Assembly: GCA_001599295.1 (NCBI GenBank)
Contig: BCGN01000001.1
Span: forward strand, 558,001-622,000
Direction of reading: 5' to 3'
From: Sporopachydermia quercuum
Taxonomy: Eukaryota
Length of the DNA: 64,000 bases
In this document: piece by piece, positions 24,901 through 36,000 of the stretch
Position numbering within the stretch: position 1 is the stretch's first letter
Layout: every line of letters begins with the position of its first letter
The notes under the pieces: model-generated
The model's database searches: none
What the model was told of the DNA's origin: nothing
The model's input: only the letters and a program-made list of their open reading frames with translations
Made by a program: the position numbers and the translations under genes

Positions 24901-25178
24901 TTCCTAAGCGTAGAGTGTTCAAGTTAATGCAAAAGAACGGATTGGTGGGTGCTGGGTCGGATACAGGAGCAAATAATGTACATATAGTAGGTATGTTTAC
25001 TATTGCGACGCCTAACTTGTACTTTGATGTTGAAATTCCTGATCCGGATCCTTATGTGAGAGGCCGAGGAAATCCAAGTGGAAGTTCAGCAGGAAATCTA
25101 GGATCTGAGCTTATGGAATGGGTGTCTGCTTTGACAAAGTCATTGGAAATGGAGACTGATAGGCTGAAGAATCTATGA
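21936..25178 (+). CDS. PKH1: PDK1-family Ser/Thr kinase Pkh1/Pkh2, 1080 aa
   Basis: GEGSYSTV, KRHIIKEKKVKYVTIEKNTL, HRDLKPEN, DFG, RASSFVGTAEYVSPELL and NEYLIFQKI. The C-terminus has a PH-like segment (RLLVVTSFGR). Confidence 0.93.
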   Translation: MSHSALSITPPSSMAGNMKPSLNYDGIAASSEYSKSAAEWSEKGAATIVKQETDASGKTSTVIVKKGVKDFHFGNVIGEGSYSTVLLGTDKGSSKNYAVKVLDKRHIIKEKKVKYVTIEKNTLNRLGNHPGIIKLYYTFQDEASLYFVLDYATNGELLSLIKELGSLSEECTRYYGMQLLDAIRFMHSRGVIHRDLKPENILLDSKYRIVITDFGTAKLLDPIPESDSSSSLKKGVRYPIDEVRASSFVGTAEYVSPELLTDKACGKACDIWAYGCIIYQLIAGKPPFKAQNEYLIFQKITKLQYAYPPRFPALIRDLIKHILVTNPKRRYTVSQIQRHAFYQGINWKDSKTIWNSYPPELKSFVPSANSASISTSALPLATTTSSGLVTSASTGGLKAANPRVYPASTSLGPQASLRNKNAAKKTRNAGNAAAAASLALNRKPEDIIQEQNNANHSANHHGNAGDDRSVNEFISGSSGMRITLRGVSGGGMSNMGSSRKSSEMVRKSPVIPAVVSLPSSSADTPMPPTPHSAHPPPPSLAPPVAPPPPPPATLEPTIPVSPSVPVTYFRDQQNSTGSERNTGSGSYISEKSIQFDSVAASTSDIPQVERLSLRDTNKNSNVESVEYSRKAAATASDQSSTSPDSIPLPEVVKSGTGAVPPMSYADIQLSSLLTSVNERILKFGAVYVLPYSPIDAPDGATLGQKAVSSSSGSGVARTTSRSCDVHDSAGDNDEESAEFNGKEKKKFLRAFSGSGSSLGSAKLKRSNTGSSLKKTLTNSSSDLTLPNTTLVNYVEDEDDDTIAVAGSNDRISNRYGTRIPAVVLYDVFENSKNEANGEEKSGKARLKKLMRITSHNYENVDIKNLNAAAVRTSILHEWEKKYLKIKSKRLLVVTSFGRIIICSQKEIRSFEGLPGDNNGNGLGNFRSSSSLTLKTRSSSAALIASTIAAASSTAKSTIKGTAGSNSDDGKFKVVINICHMGVQIKRPTIPKRRVFKLMQKNGLVGAGSDTGANNVHIVGMFTIATPNLYFDVEIPDPDPYVRGRGNPSGSSAGNLGSELMEWVSALTKSLEMETDRLKNL

Positions 25179-25488
25179 GCTTGAGGCCACACGACGCTAG
25201 ACGATGTGAGATGAGATAAGGCAATTCTTTGTGTAAAATGAGAATATAAACTGACTGCATGAGTACGTACTTACAGAAATATGGGAGTATTAGATTAGAT
25301 CTTTAATACAACATTAATAATATTAGCAATAACATAATAGCAATATCGAAATAAAGCAATATTAGTAAATCAAAGCTATCATTCGAACCACGAGTCCAAT
25401 TCTATCACATGTGTAAAGTGAAATGAATTTGCCAATAATATCATTAGCACAACAGCTAGCATCAAGTACTTCACAATGCAAAATCAAT

Positions 25489-25693
25489 TAACCCTTGTTG
25501 TATCACGTGATCTTTATTGTTTCTTATAATAGGGCTTTATATGCTCACTTTCTGTGTAATTTTCATCACGTAGTATCTAGTTTTTGCCGTATGACAAATT
25601 AGGAAATATCTTCTAACTACAACGCAAACTTTCAAGTGGAAAATTACTGAGACAATCAAGGATGTACACCAAACCCACTCACATCCGTCTACC
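25489..25693 (+). promoter_or_regulatory. RPL27 promoter with Tbf1-like sites flanking a Cbf1 site, plus Rap1-like motifs
   Basis: TAACCCT 25489-25495, TCACGTGA 25503-25510, TAGGGCT 25530-25536, ACACCAAACCCAC from 25666 and ACATCCGTCTACC 25681-25693. Confidence 0.45.
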
Positions 25694-25862
25694 AGTAGGG
25701 AACTCACTCCTGGATAAGGTATCTCACGAAGTAAACTAATACTTCATTCTATTGTCATATACCATACATCAATATATGTGTGTGCTTGGAAGGGTTTCTT
25801 GATAGATCAGCATTAAAGATTGTGTCGAGGTTACAATTTAAAGAACACTGATATCATTCGAG

Positions 25863-26729
25863 ATGGCTAAGTTTATAAAATCTGGCAAAGTTGGTATGTT
25901 TGGACTTTAAAACGAAAATGATAATGATTATGGGTTTTAAGTCATAAACAAGAATCACAAGATCGAAAGCATTTATGCAGTTTCACATCAGCAAACTATC
26001 ACAACATAGTATGATTGTTAGAATATTCATTGGATAAAAGGATGCAGAAAGATGGCTGCATAAAGGAAAATGAGTTCGAATGTGTTAGAGTGTTACAGTA
26101 TTCATGTCAACAAATGTTTTTATTGTTTAGCAAGTGGCTATTGTCAACGAGAGTTCTACAGTGTTTTAGGGATCAAATAATTATTTTTACAACCCCCGTA
26201 GTGCTTCAAAGTATAGTAATGGTTGTGTTCAGTGTAAAGACTCAAAGTATTGAACATCTTGTGATATCTAGTTTATGCAGTGCTTGTGATTTTACATTTA
26301 GCCCGTGTGGTCTATTTTACCCTTTTATACATACTAACAATGATTCTAGCCATTGTTGTCCGTGGTAGATTCGCTGGTAAGAAGGTTGTGATAATCAAGC
26401 CTCACGATGCTGGCTCCAAATCTCATCCTTTTCCTCACGCTTTAGTTGCAGGTATCGAAAGATACCCATTGAAGGTCACCAAGGGTATGGGTGCTAAGAA
26501 GGTTGCCAAGAGAACCAAGATTAAGCCATTCATTAAAGTCGTCAACTACAACCATTTGATGCCTACCAGATACACTTTGGACATTGAAAATTTGAAGAGC
26601 GTCGTCAGCACTGAAACTTTCAAGGAACCATCTCAAAGAGAAGATGCCAAGAAGATCATCAAGAAGTCTTTCGAAGAAAGATATCAAACCGGAAAGAACA
26701 AGTGGTTCTTCACCAAGCTCGACTTCTAA
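25863..26729 (+). CDS. RPL27: 60S ribosomal protein L27 (eL27), 136 aa; exons 25863-25893, 26350-26729
   Basis: [24 protein letters not shown]...[10 protein letters not shown]...KWFFTKLDF. The 456-nt intron is GTATGT...TACTAAC-11nt-TAG. Confidence 0.98.
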
Positions 26730-27794
26730 GCTTTCTAATCATCAAATAATAAAACAATACATTTTTTATTAATGTTCATTTAACAAATTCACCAAATGAA
26801 GTAGTACATACGCATTTGTTTTACTGTGTCAGTATAGTAGGCTATTTATTTTTCGATAAGTTTAGAGCATGCACTATACATTCTTATTATTCGCTGTTGA
26901 TTGATTAGTATTGACAGCCTTTTTTTGGCTGTATTAGATAATCATTTACTTTCAACCCAGTATAAATAGTAGATTGTGCATTGTGATCCCAATTCTATTC
27001 ATTCAGTTGAATGGTCTGCAGTTGTGAAGTATTGTTTCAGGCTGTCTGCTCTCTGTTTTACTCAGCTCCGTGCTTGTTCAATTCAATAAACCATGGAGCC
27101 AAGGGGTTTGGAGAGGCGTGATCTATATATAGTACTACTATAATCATTGAAAGTTTATTTATGTATAGAAGAAATGTAAAAAATATTGTAACATTATCTG
27201 CCTGATTTGATGATTGTCGTGTGCAAGGATACCTATACAAATGAAAGTGTGCGTGAAATTACTTCGTTAGTATCTAATTCCCTCTGCTTTCTAGACATCT
27301 GCAAGCTGGGAAAACTCGATTTGAAGATAAACTCCGAATAATCAGACACATCCACTCGATTCATTCTATCATCATTTTAATCAATTTCAATAATCTCTTC
27401 CGTGCCTGATAAATAATTCAGTATATAATTGGTCATTGCTAGAGTTGGCTCATAAGAAAAGATATTTCTTAGAGCATATGGAGATGACAATAGAGTCTCA
27501 CGTGATCCTTCCTTTTCCATCAGAAATCAGGCACATTATCATTATCAGAGCCAGTTCAATATATCACCATCATTAATTCATCGACATTTGATATGAACGC
27601 TACAGGCAGATATCTCCTAACTTAAAGCAAATTTATCTACATCATAAGACTTTCCCATGAATCCCAAAGCTTATATATCCATAAGATACATCTACAAGGT
27701 CATATATAATGCCTCATCGTGTCAACACAACTATCTATCTATCTACGATAGCCAATAATCGTCATATCAGTTCATAATAGCAAAAGAATATATT

Positions 27795-28544
27795 ATGTCG
27801 TTTGATACGCTCAGCAAAGCAATAAAACAGTTTGCAGAGGCGAAACAAGTTAAATCGAACATCAAATCAGAAGGATCTACTACCCCCCATAATGTTTATT
27901 CACAGCAACTGAACAGACTTAAACATACTTCTAAGAAGCAATCACTTAGAGTATCAAGCCAAGAAAACATCAATGGTATAGAACAAGAAAATGATACCTG
28001 TTTCAAGTCAAGCAAGATAAGTCCTGTGGTATACTTAGAGCCATTTCCAGAGAGTAATGAGTTATCATCTTCATCGTCGTCATCTGAAAATGAAGCAGAA
28101 AGTGAGATTGAAATAGAAGATGAATTTGGTAGACCAAGAAAAGTTCTCAGGTCAGAAGCTTGGAAATTCAGGATAGAAACAGGGCAAACAAAAATAAAAA
28201 CTCTACCCGAAAATGTATCTCGTGGACCAAAAATTCAAGTAAGTGCATTCAAGTTAGATGAAAATAAAGTGAAAGAGATTCTGGGTAAACCTGAGATAGC
28301 CGTTGAAGAGCATTATGATGCTGCCAGTGAAGTAAGAGATAAAGGTGTCGGATACTATAGATTTGACGCGAAAAATAAAGAAGTGAGAACCCAACAAATG
28401 GAACAATTGAAGTCAATAGAAAAAGAAACGGTAGATACACAGACAGATAGTTTGAAACGTATAGTACAAGAGAAAACACTATTGAGAGATCAACGAAGGG
28501 AGATGATAAGAAAAGAAAGGGAAGAGTACTTGAGCAGTACTTAA
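27795..28544 (+). CDS. CCDC174/DUF4078-like coiled-coil protein, 249 aa
   Basis: Motifs IEIEDEFGR and HYDAASEVRDKGVGYYRF...RTQQMEQL resemble the DUF4078 region of CCDC174 proteins. Confidence 0.75.
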   Translation: MSFDTLSKAIKQFAEAKQVKSNIKSEGSTTPHNVYSQQLNRLKHTSKKQSLRVSSQENINGIEQENDTCFKSSKISPVVYLEPFPESNELSSSSSSSENEAESEIEIEDEFGRPRKVLRSEAWKFRIETGQTKIKTLPENVSRGPKIQVSAFKLDENKVKEILGKPEIAVEEHYDAASEVRDKGVGYYRFDAKNKEVRTQQMEQLKSIEKETVDTQTDSLKRIVQEKTLLRDQRREMIRKEREEYLSST

Positions 28545-28919
28545 GCTTACGATGATAATGTCACACACGGACGGTAAACACACATTAGAAGAGAAGATTT
28601 AAGCGTCCTATTGGTTGATTCGACAGCAGAGACTCAATTCGAATATTCCTTATTATTCTTCGGCTCAGATTGCATCAAACCAACAAACTCACCTGGAAGT
28701 ACATCTGATTTATGATATCCTTCTCTTCCAGAAGCTTATGTACTACCATGCTACATTATGTTGTTGGCTCTCTTCAGCCAAATCACTCAGGTCTAATTAA
28801 ATTTCAAGCAAACTCTACCCTCAATATTAGAACCAAACTATTATCTCGTACAGAATGAATATTCTACTATCAACAACTTACAGACAATATTCTCCAACAT
28901 AAGAAAAGGTAACTGATTG

Positions 28920-29044
28920 ATTGAATGATGAAGAGACCCTTTTTGACCCTGGTGTTTGTTATCAGTTCATGTGCACACCCAGACCACTATCATATGTGGC
29001 TTCAAGAACCTGGGGTAATCTCTATTCAGGGCCTCTGAAACAAT
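28920..29044 (+). ncRNA. Candidate box C/D snoRNA, target not identified
   Basis: Box C ATGATGA at 28925-28931, box D CTGA at 29035-29038, short terminal stem ATTG/CAAT and several internal GC-rich helices, all intergenic. Confidence 0.4.
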
Positions 29045-30004
29045 ATATTATGATAGAGATATTACCTCTATCACACTAGATTGACTTCAGATCAACAAAA
29101 GAGAACATTGCGAATTTTTGACTCGAATGAATTGTTTCAAAGAAGAGTGAATTTCCTTTATTTGTCTCTAATTTTGTTGTCATATAACATGAAAGACGCA
29201 TTCTATTTCCTTTCCTTCCTTCGTATCTCCCTATATTTAAGAGATTGAAGCTTGGCATGCATATTATCCGGATTTTGATCCTTATTTCTTCCGATTCAAC
29301 GTTAGATACGGGACTCAGACCCTCTTTTCCCACATGCGCTAATCTTAATAGAATCAACTTCGCTTTCAATTATGAACAAGCAAACATTAAACCATACTTT
29401 GGAAAAAAGGAGACAAGTAACTGTAATTAAAAACAGAAAGGGTAAAACTAGAACAATCGCCTCCGCGGATTTCTTTTTTTTTCACCGTAGAAATAATTAG
29501 CTTATCCATTATCAATCTGTTAGCAAGAACTGCCTTTCAGTCCTAATCATAGTCTAAATTCCAATCTCCAGAATTGCCCTTCAACAGACCTTCATTAGAA
29601 AGGGTCTACTGAACTGAACTCCTTGCTTATCCATCATTTTCAATCCTTTTAGCGCTATAAGATAGACAAACCCATGATGAGCTTAGTGGAATCACCATAG
29701 TAAATAAACACTTAGGGATGAGAATGATAAACAATTGCAGATAATGAATATAATGGCGACAAAGAAAAAAATGGAATCAAAGTGAAATAAAAGCAAATAA
29801 TCAAGACTTACATTACAATATAATTGCTGTTTGTTTTATTGGTATTGGATTGATGGTATCCAATTCAATTCAGTTCAAGCCATTCCATAGGCTATAAACA
29901 CAAATCACAAGAAACTCTGAAAGGTTAAAGATCATTGGATAAAGTAGCAACGAGAATTATCTTCATCCACATACTCATTTATTATTATTCTCGTTGTAAT
30001 AACT

Positions 30005-33000
30005 ATGAAAACATTAACTCAACCAGGTATATCACTACTACCAAGCATCATTGGCCGGTTAGGACGTTTGCTTCCTATTGAAACAGGATTAACCATTAGC
30101 GAGATAGAGAACGAACCATTGTACAAATCGTCAAGAAAATGTCTTGTGAAATTAGCACCAAATGCTGAAACACAGGCAGATATAATTTATGGATTTATTA
30201 CATTATTGGAGAGTATTAACAGGAGAGATAATTATACTGCAGTAAAGAGGAAATCAGGGGATTCGTTAGCATCAATCCAAATAATTCTAGCATTGTTAAG
30301 AGAATGTTGCGAGCGCCATTGGGAAGCTTTAGAACCGTCAGAAATGAGGCAGGAGGTTCGACCAAGCATGGTTTATCATACAGTTAAACCAGCACCTTTT
30401 TCTTCCCAATTAATCAAAAAGGCATTAGATATAATAGCTAGGCTTAAATCAACGTCTCGCATAATAGAAGAGGCAAACTTCATCGCAGGAGCAGAGAAAA
30501 ATGCTAACCAAGTAAGTCAGCATCCTTATAAAGACAGAATATTAACGATAGATGAACATATCGAAGCTCTTATCAGATTCTTCTCCGCTTCCAACTGGCC
30601 GGAGACTTTAGATTATGTTGTCACTAGATTGAACACTCTAAAATACTATACCCAGAACGATTCTGATATCGTACCATCTATTGATCTTATGGGCTATTTA
30701 TTCTTTGATGAAGCTTCTATATTAATGATTTTAAAAGAAATATGGAATTTATATGCTCAAATCAAAAGAAGTACTCATCAATTGATTCTCCTTTCATTCC
30801 TAGGTAAAAGCATTCGTTACTGGATGATGGCTCGGCCAGCTGAATATTCTCGATGTACTACAACAGGATCAGCCGTCAGTGTTGAAGCTTCTGGTTTGTT
30901 TGATTACATACTTTCATTTACAGATAACCGGGATTTTGTTGCTGACGCAGTAGGCCCATTTCTAGCATTACTATTATGTCTATGTCCTTCATCATTTGCC
31001 GCATACTATTCAGAAGGCTTCCATAAGAAGTATGGTTCATATGGAAAGAAAGTGAAATTTATCGGTGAAATAATACAGGATTTGGAGGAAGTTGTAGGTT
31101 CTGATACTTCGTTAGAAACTCGTTCTGTGGGTTCTGGTGGTAGTATACATTCCTTGCATAGGGCTTCATCTCCATTGTCTTCTACAGGAGGGTTAACAAA
31201 AACAATATCCAACAACGCCGATGGTACTATTCATGATCCAGGAATGATGTTTGCCACTGGAACAAGTCTTGGAACTACCACAAGTTCTTCCATTGGTACT
31301 GGGTTAGGGCCAAACAACAGTGGGGGATTCGAGTTGAATCCTGTATTGAAGAAATCAACTAGGCATGTAATATGCATACAGCAAATTTTTACTACGTTTG
31401 CTATTGCTGCATCCTCAATCAACGAGGGCGACCCTGAAAGCCCTTTAATATATGCAGTGCTTCAATTCTATCCTCTGGTGAAAAACTTCGTCTTTAGCCA
31501 GAAGTTCGATATGAACGAACTGTCTTCTCATTTGAAATCCCAGATGGTAGTTGCCTATCTTTTATTGCCTCCATCCCATATTCATATCGATCTTGATAAT
31601 GCTGTGATGAGAAGTGATTCTGATAACTACAGGCTGCTGTTCACTATTGCAGAAGTTTACAAAGGTATAATGCTTGTTCCCTGTGCTAGAAGCCAATTTG
31701 CCGTGCGGCTCAGTGAAAACTCAGAGTATCTCAAACAGAATTTACAACGCAGCGCAGAAATCCTTACCACGAAAAGTGATACTGCCATCAGTTTGCTGTC
31801 TAAACCTGGCTTCGATATAGCTATTAGATCTATCATTTGCAACCTTCTGGGAACATTTACTATATTACCAGATATCTTCTTCGATGCTGATGATTTAAAG
31901 ACACCTCAAGCAGCAGAGGCTGCTATAGCACCGGTAATAAATTGTTTAGGAGACCATGATTCTTCAGTGATAGCTGCGGCATCTCAATTCTTGTTTTCCT
32001 TCATTGGCATAAGGAGAATTGAAACATTTGCTCCTGATGATGTTCATTTGGATCAAGGCCATGTTATATTCACAACCTATGTAGCTTCAGGATATGTATT
32101 GGCTACATTGGCTAGAAAAGTCCTTTCATATGACTTACTATCACCAAAGGTGAAAGACTTCACCAGACTTATTCTGCAGTTTTTAAAAGCTCGCGCTTTT
32201 ATTGCCAAACGGTTTAACCTGAGAGAACAAACAGATGGTGATATGGATAAAGTAGAGCCTCCAGAATCACGAGGAGATCTTTATACAGCGTTAGAGTCAT
32301 GCTTGTTAGTTCTTCTATGCTCGCCAGACCTAGAAGTGCTACATGATACTAGAGAATGTATTGCTTTTGTTGTAGAAGAAGGATTAGCTATAGAAATTAT
32401 AACACCAACAATGATTCCTCAAAACAGCTTCCTGCGAAACCTCGCCCCGTATTTAGAGATTGTTTCGCCCGGATATGTCGTCACGGGGCTCGTCGCAGTT
32501 CAGAAAAGACTACGGAATATCTTCATGGTGATGAAAACTCCCACGGAGGGAATTCTTGCTGCCTGGCGTACAGTTTTCTCCCGGTGGAGTCGACATGAAG
32601 GTGGGAAACTGAATACGCAACTGGCATCAAAAGAAAGCAGAAGCTATGCAGGGTTTCTTGCTTCTTTTTGCGGTTGTTTTCTACAAGCAGACTATGAAGA
32701 AGATATAAGAATCAGAGACACTTGGCCTTTGATTGATGAGCTGATTGAATCCTTGGTGTCAAAACTAAGTGATTCCTCATTACCTGTGCGGGAAGGAGCT
32801 AAAAATGTGTTGGCCTCTGAACTATCAATACTAGCATTTCCTACAGTCTTCCGGCAATTGGAAAGTCTCTGCTATAAACGGGAAGACCTTCTAGCGGAGA
32901 ACTGCTTGCTTCTTGATCAGATAATATCATTACAGAAATCCATGTTTGAACAATGTGCAAAACATCAAACTGCTATCTCAATTGATTTAGTAGCTATGGC

Positions 33001-36000
33001 GTATCAAATAGCCCAATTGTTGAACGAGTTTGATTCCCAGACAGGAGTTCGCCTGAAAATCCGATTCTGCTCGCTATGCGTGCTTATGGAGACAGAAAAA
33101 GATGCCATGAAGCTCAGGAGCTCTATGAAGATAAGAAATCGGTTTGTTCGATTGATTGCTGATTGGTTTGGAGATTCCTTGGCAAGAGTTGTAGTTGGAG
33201 ATGACGAGGAAATGCCAGATGGACCTGGAACAATCAAAACTGCATCTCTGAATGCAACTTCCAGCAGTAATGAAGGAACTGCTGTGGTACCTCAGGCAAC
33301 GAAAAGATTATCAGAATTAGACCATATGTATGTTGATTTATCTGTTGATGCTATAAAAGCATTGGCGTTAATGCTGGATGGGATTGTACTTGATCCAACG
33401 TTAGGAAGTGCTGATAAAGAGCTCAGGAGATCTAAAGCAGTGTTTTTCTGCTCTTATTTCAACCTCATGTTGAGAGTTTTCCGCAAGATCTCAGCATTGG
33501 ATTTAGAACATGGTGCTTTCTCAGTTTATAAGCATAAGTTTGCTACAGTGTCAGAAAATATCATAAAAGCAGCTACAAACCTGTTAAGATGCAATGTTGA
33601 TGTAGGTTTACCATATGCTTTACCATTGGGATTCCATGAGGACCGGAGAATTCGTTCAGCATTTATTCACGTTTTCACTAATATCGTCGATCAAGGTACA
33701 AGCTCAATAGCATTTCAAACTCAGGAAGAGAGATACAGGACCCTCGCAGAGTTCATAGTGAAACGACCTAATATATGCCTTGCATTATGTGAAATGTGTC
33801 CTGCTGGTGAAATAGATGGACTTGCAGTGGCATTATTGAATGTTTTAGAAGCTCGGGAAGCTGGTTTGCCAGTTATAACAGCGGCAGTGAAACAGGAGAT
33901 TCTACGGTCGTTGAGATCAACAGAAATGCTTCGTAGAAACTCAGTGGCTACCAGAATGCTATCATTATATGCCCGAAGACATGGATCTGCTTATTTGGTT
34001 TCCGTATTAGGCCCCTTTTTCCGCAATTTTCTTGCTAACCCCGAAGATCACGTATTCGAGCTGAATCCAGAAAAGATACCGGAAGATGAAAAAACGGAGA
34101 ATTTAGAAAGATTCCGGAAATGTTTAGAAGATCTTGTCGAGTGTATTATCTCTTCCGAATCTTTGATTCCGGAATCGTTTAGAGTTATCTGTTCTTCTAT
34201 CAAGAAAGTAGTCGAGACTAAGTTTCCGGACTCTTCATTAATTCAAGTTGGATCCTTTATTTTTCTCCGGTTTTTCTGTCCTGCTTTGGTAGCTCCAGAA
34301 TCAGAGGGTCTACTAGATGAAGCTCCTGGCAAGGAAATACGGAGATCCCTACTACAATTAGCTAAAATCTTACAGAATTTGGCAAACGGGTCGACTTTCT
34401 TCTCCCTCAAGAAGCCTGTTTATGATGGCGAACGCGATGCCGTAGAACGGAGCAGTGTAGCTATTATGGGTTTTCTAGATAGGATTTCCAAAGGTGATCA
34501 CGATAATAGGGATAAGAGTAGGAGTACCAGCACTAATGACTTTACAGATACTTCAATTCCTCGTATAGACCCTAAAGATTCTCCTAAAGAGCCTAAGGAG
34601 ACAAAAGAGTCTAAAGACAATGACTCAATGTATAGCCTTGAAAGATCGAATACCGCAGGAAACCCTTGGGAAAACTGCAAAGAAGACGTGGTATATTTGC
34701 ATCGTTTCCTTTACGACCATTGGGATGATCTACATCGATTAGGGCCTGCTCCTTCAGCTATTGCTTCAGGATATCTAGGAAGTAATAACTATCTGGATAA
34801 TATNCAAGGAACAGCATCAGTTTCTGATTTAGCCCAGTTGGATTCGTTGCTAGAAATGCTAGGACAACCAGAAACAATCTTAGGGCCTCCTCCAGTACCA
34901 GATCCTATTCCTGGAGACTCAGGAAAATCATCAAGACTATTTCAATTCATGACTCGTATGGCTGCTCAGGATAAACAATTAACTCGTGAACCTCCAGATG
35001 CTTATGAAGCTCCGACTGTTGCTGGATACCCTGCTGTGGTTATTTCTGTTGCTAACCTTTATTTCGATAAAAGTTATAGAGCTGTTTTCCTCTACCATGT
35101 GCTTCAAGTGCTAAGTAAACTATGGCATAGTAAATATGACTTTGTTGTAGACTGCACAGGACTAACGCTGACTAAGCAAGCACCAGCAAACCTTTTTGGT
35201 TTATTAGAAGCTCTAGCACCACAGCAGGGTATGAACAATTGTCAAACCATACATTTCCTCAATGTTTCGTCAGATTATTTCCCTATTCTTAAAGAGATGT
35301 TTAAGCAGCTGGAAGCTTCATTGGTGCCATATCTTATCCGGTTTAGTTTTTGGGTATGCACCGATATAGAATCGGGAGGTTCTGAGCTTCCAATACCAGT
35401 TGGAAGTTTATCGCGAAGCTCAAGAAATATTCTTTCTGATTCTCGGCTTGTTTTCCCTGATTGTTTGATATATGATCCTATTAAGGGTACTTTTACACCT
35501 GTACAGTTACGGATTGGTGATCGGTTTGTCCAAATATTACTGCGAGACGCTCAAGAGTTGCAATTAGGTTCCGAGAAGGCGTCCGTGAGATTAGTGGACA
35601 TTCTGTCGCTTGCCGATCTTTCTGCAGGATACTTCTCTAGAACTTCAGGGCAAAATAATGAATTCACGTTAGAATTCCGAGAGTTAGACCGTAAGTTTAT
35701 CTTCAGCTCTGTCCGGAAAACAGAAATTCTCCGAGAATTCCGAAGAGCCAAAGCTCAGCTTGCTGATCCGGCTGGTATAGAAGAAACGCCTTCGGTTCAA
35801 CGGATCCAGGACACTCTCGGATACCTGCTGAACATTGATTTGCTCGGGCTAGACTCGGATTATGCTGAAATCCGGTCCGGTGCCTTTGGATTACTCTCGG
35901 CTCTTCGGAAACGGTTCAACCTCAATCTCGGACGCCAAGTATTCGCTTCCGAAGCTGTTTATTTCCCCCGAGGCCTTAGCGGCTTTGTTATATCTATTTC

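Noticed and set aside
29674..29760. Second ATGATGA box C-like motif upstream of IRA
   Set aside because: No suitably placed CTGA box D, terminal stem or convincing guide sequence.
30010..30030. CATTAAC-TCAACCAG as a possible intron 3' end at the IRA start
   Set aside because: I found no upstream consensus donor with a phase-compatible ATG exon, so ATG 30005 was kept.
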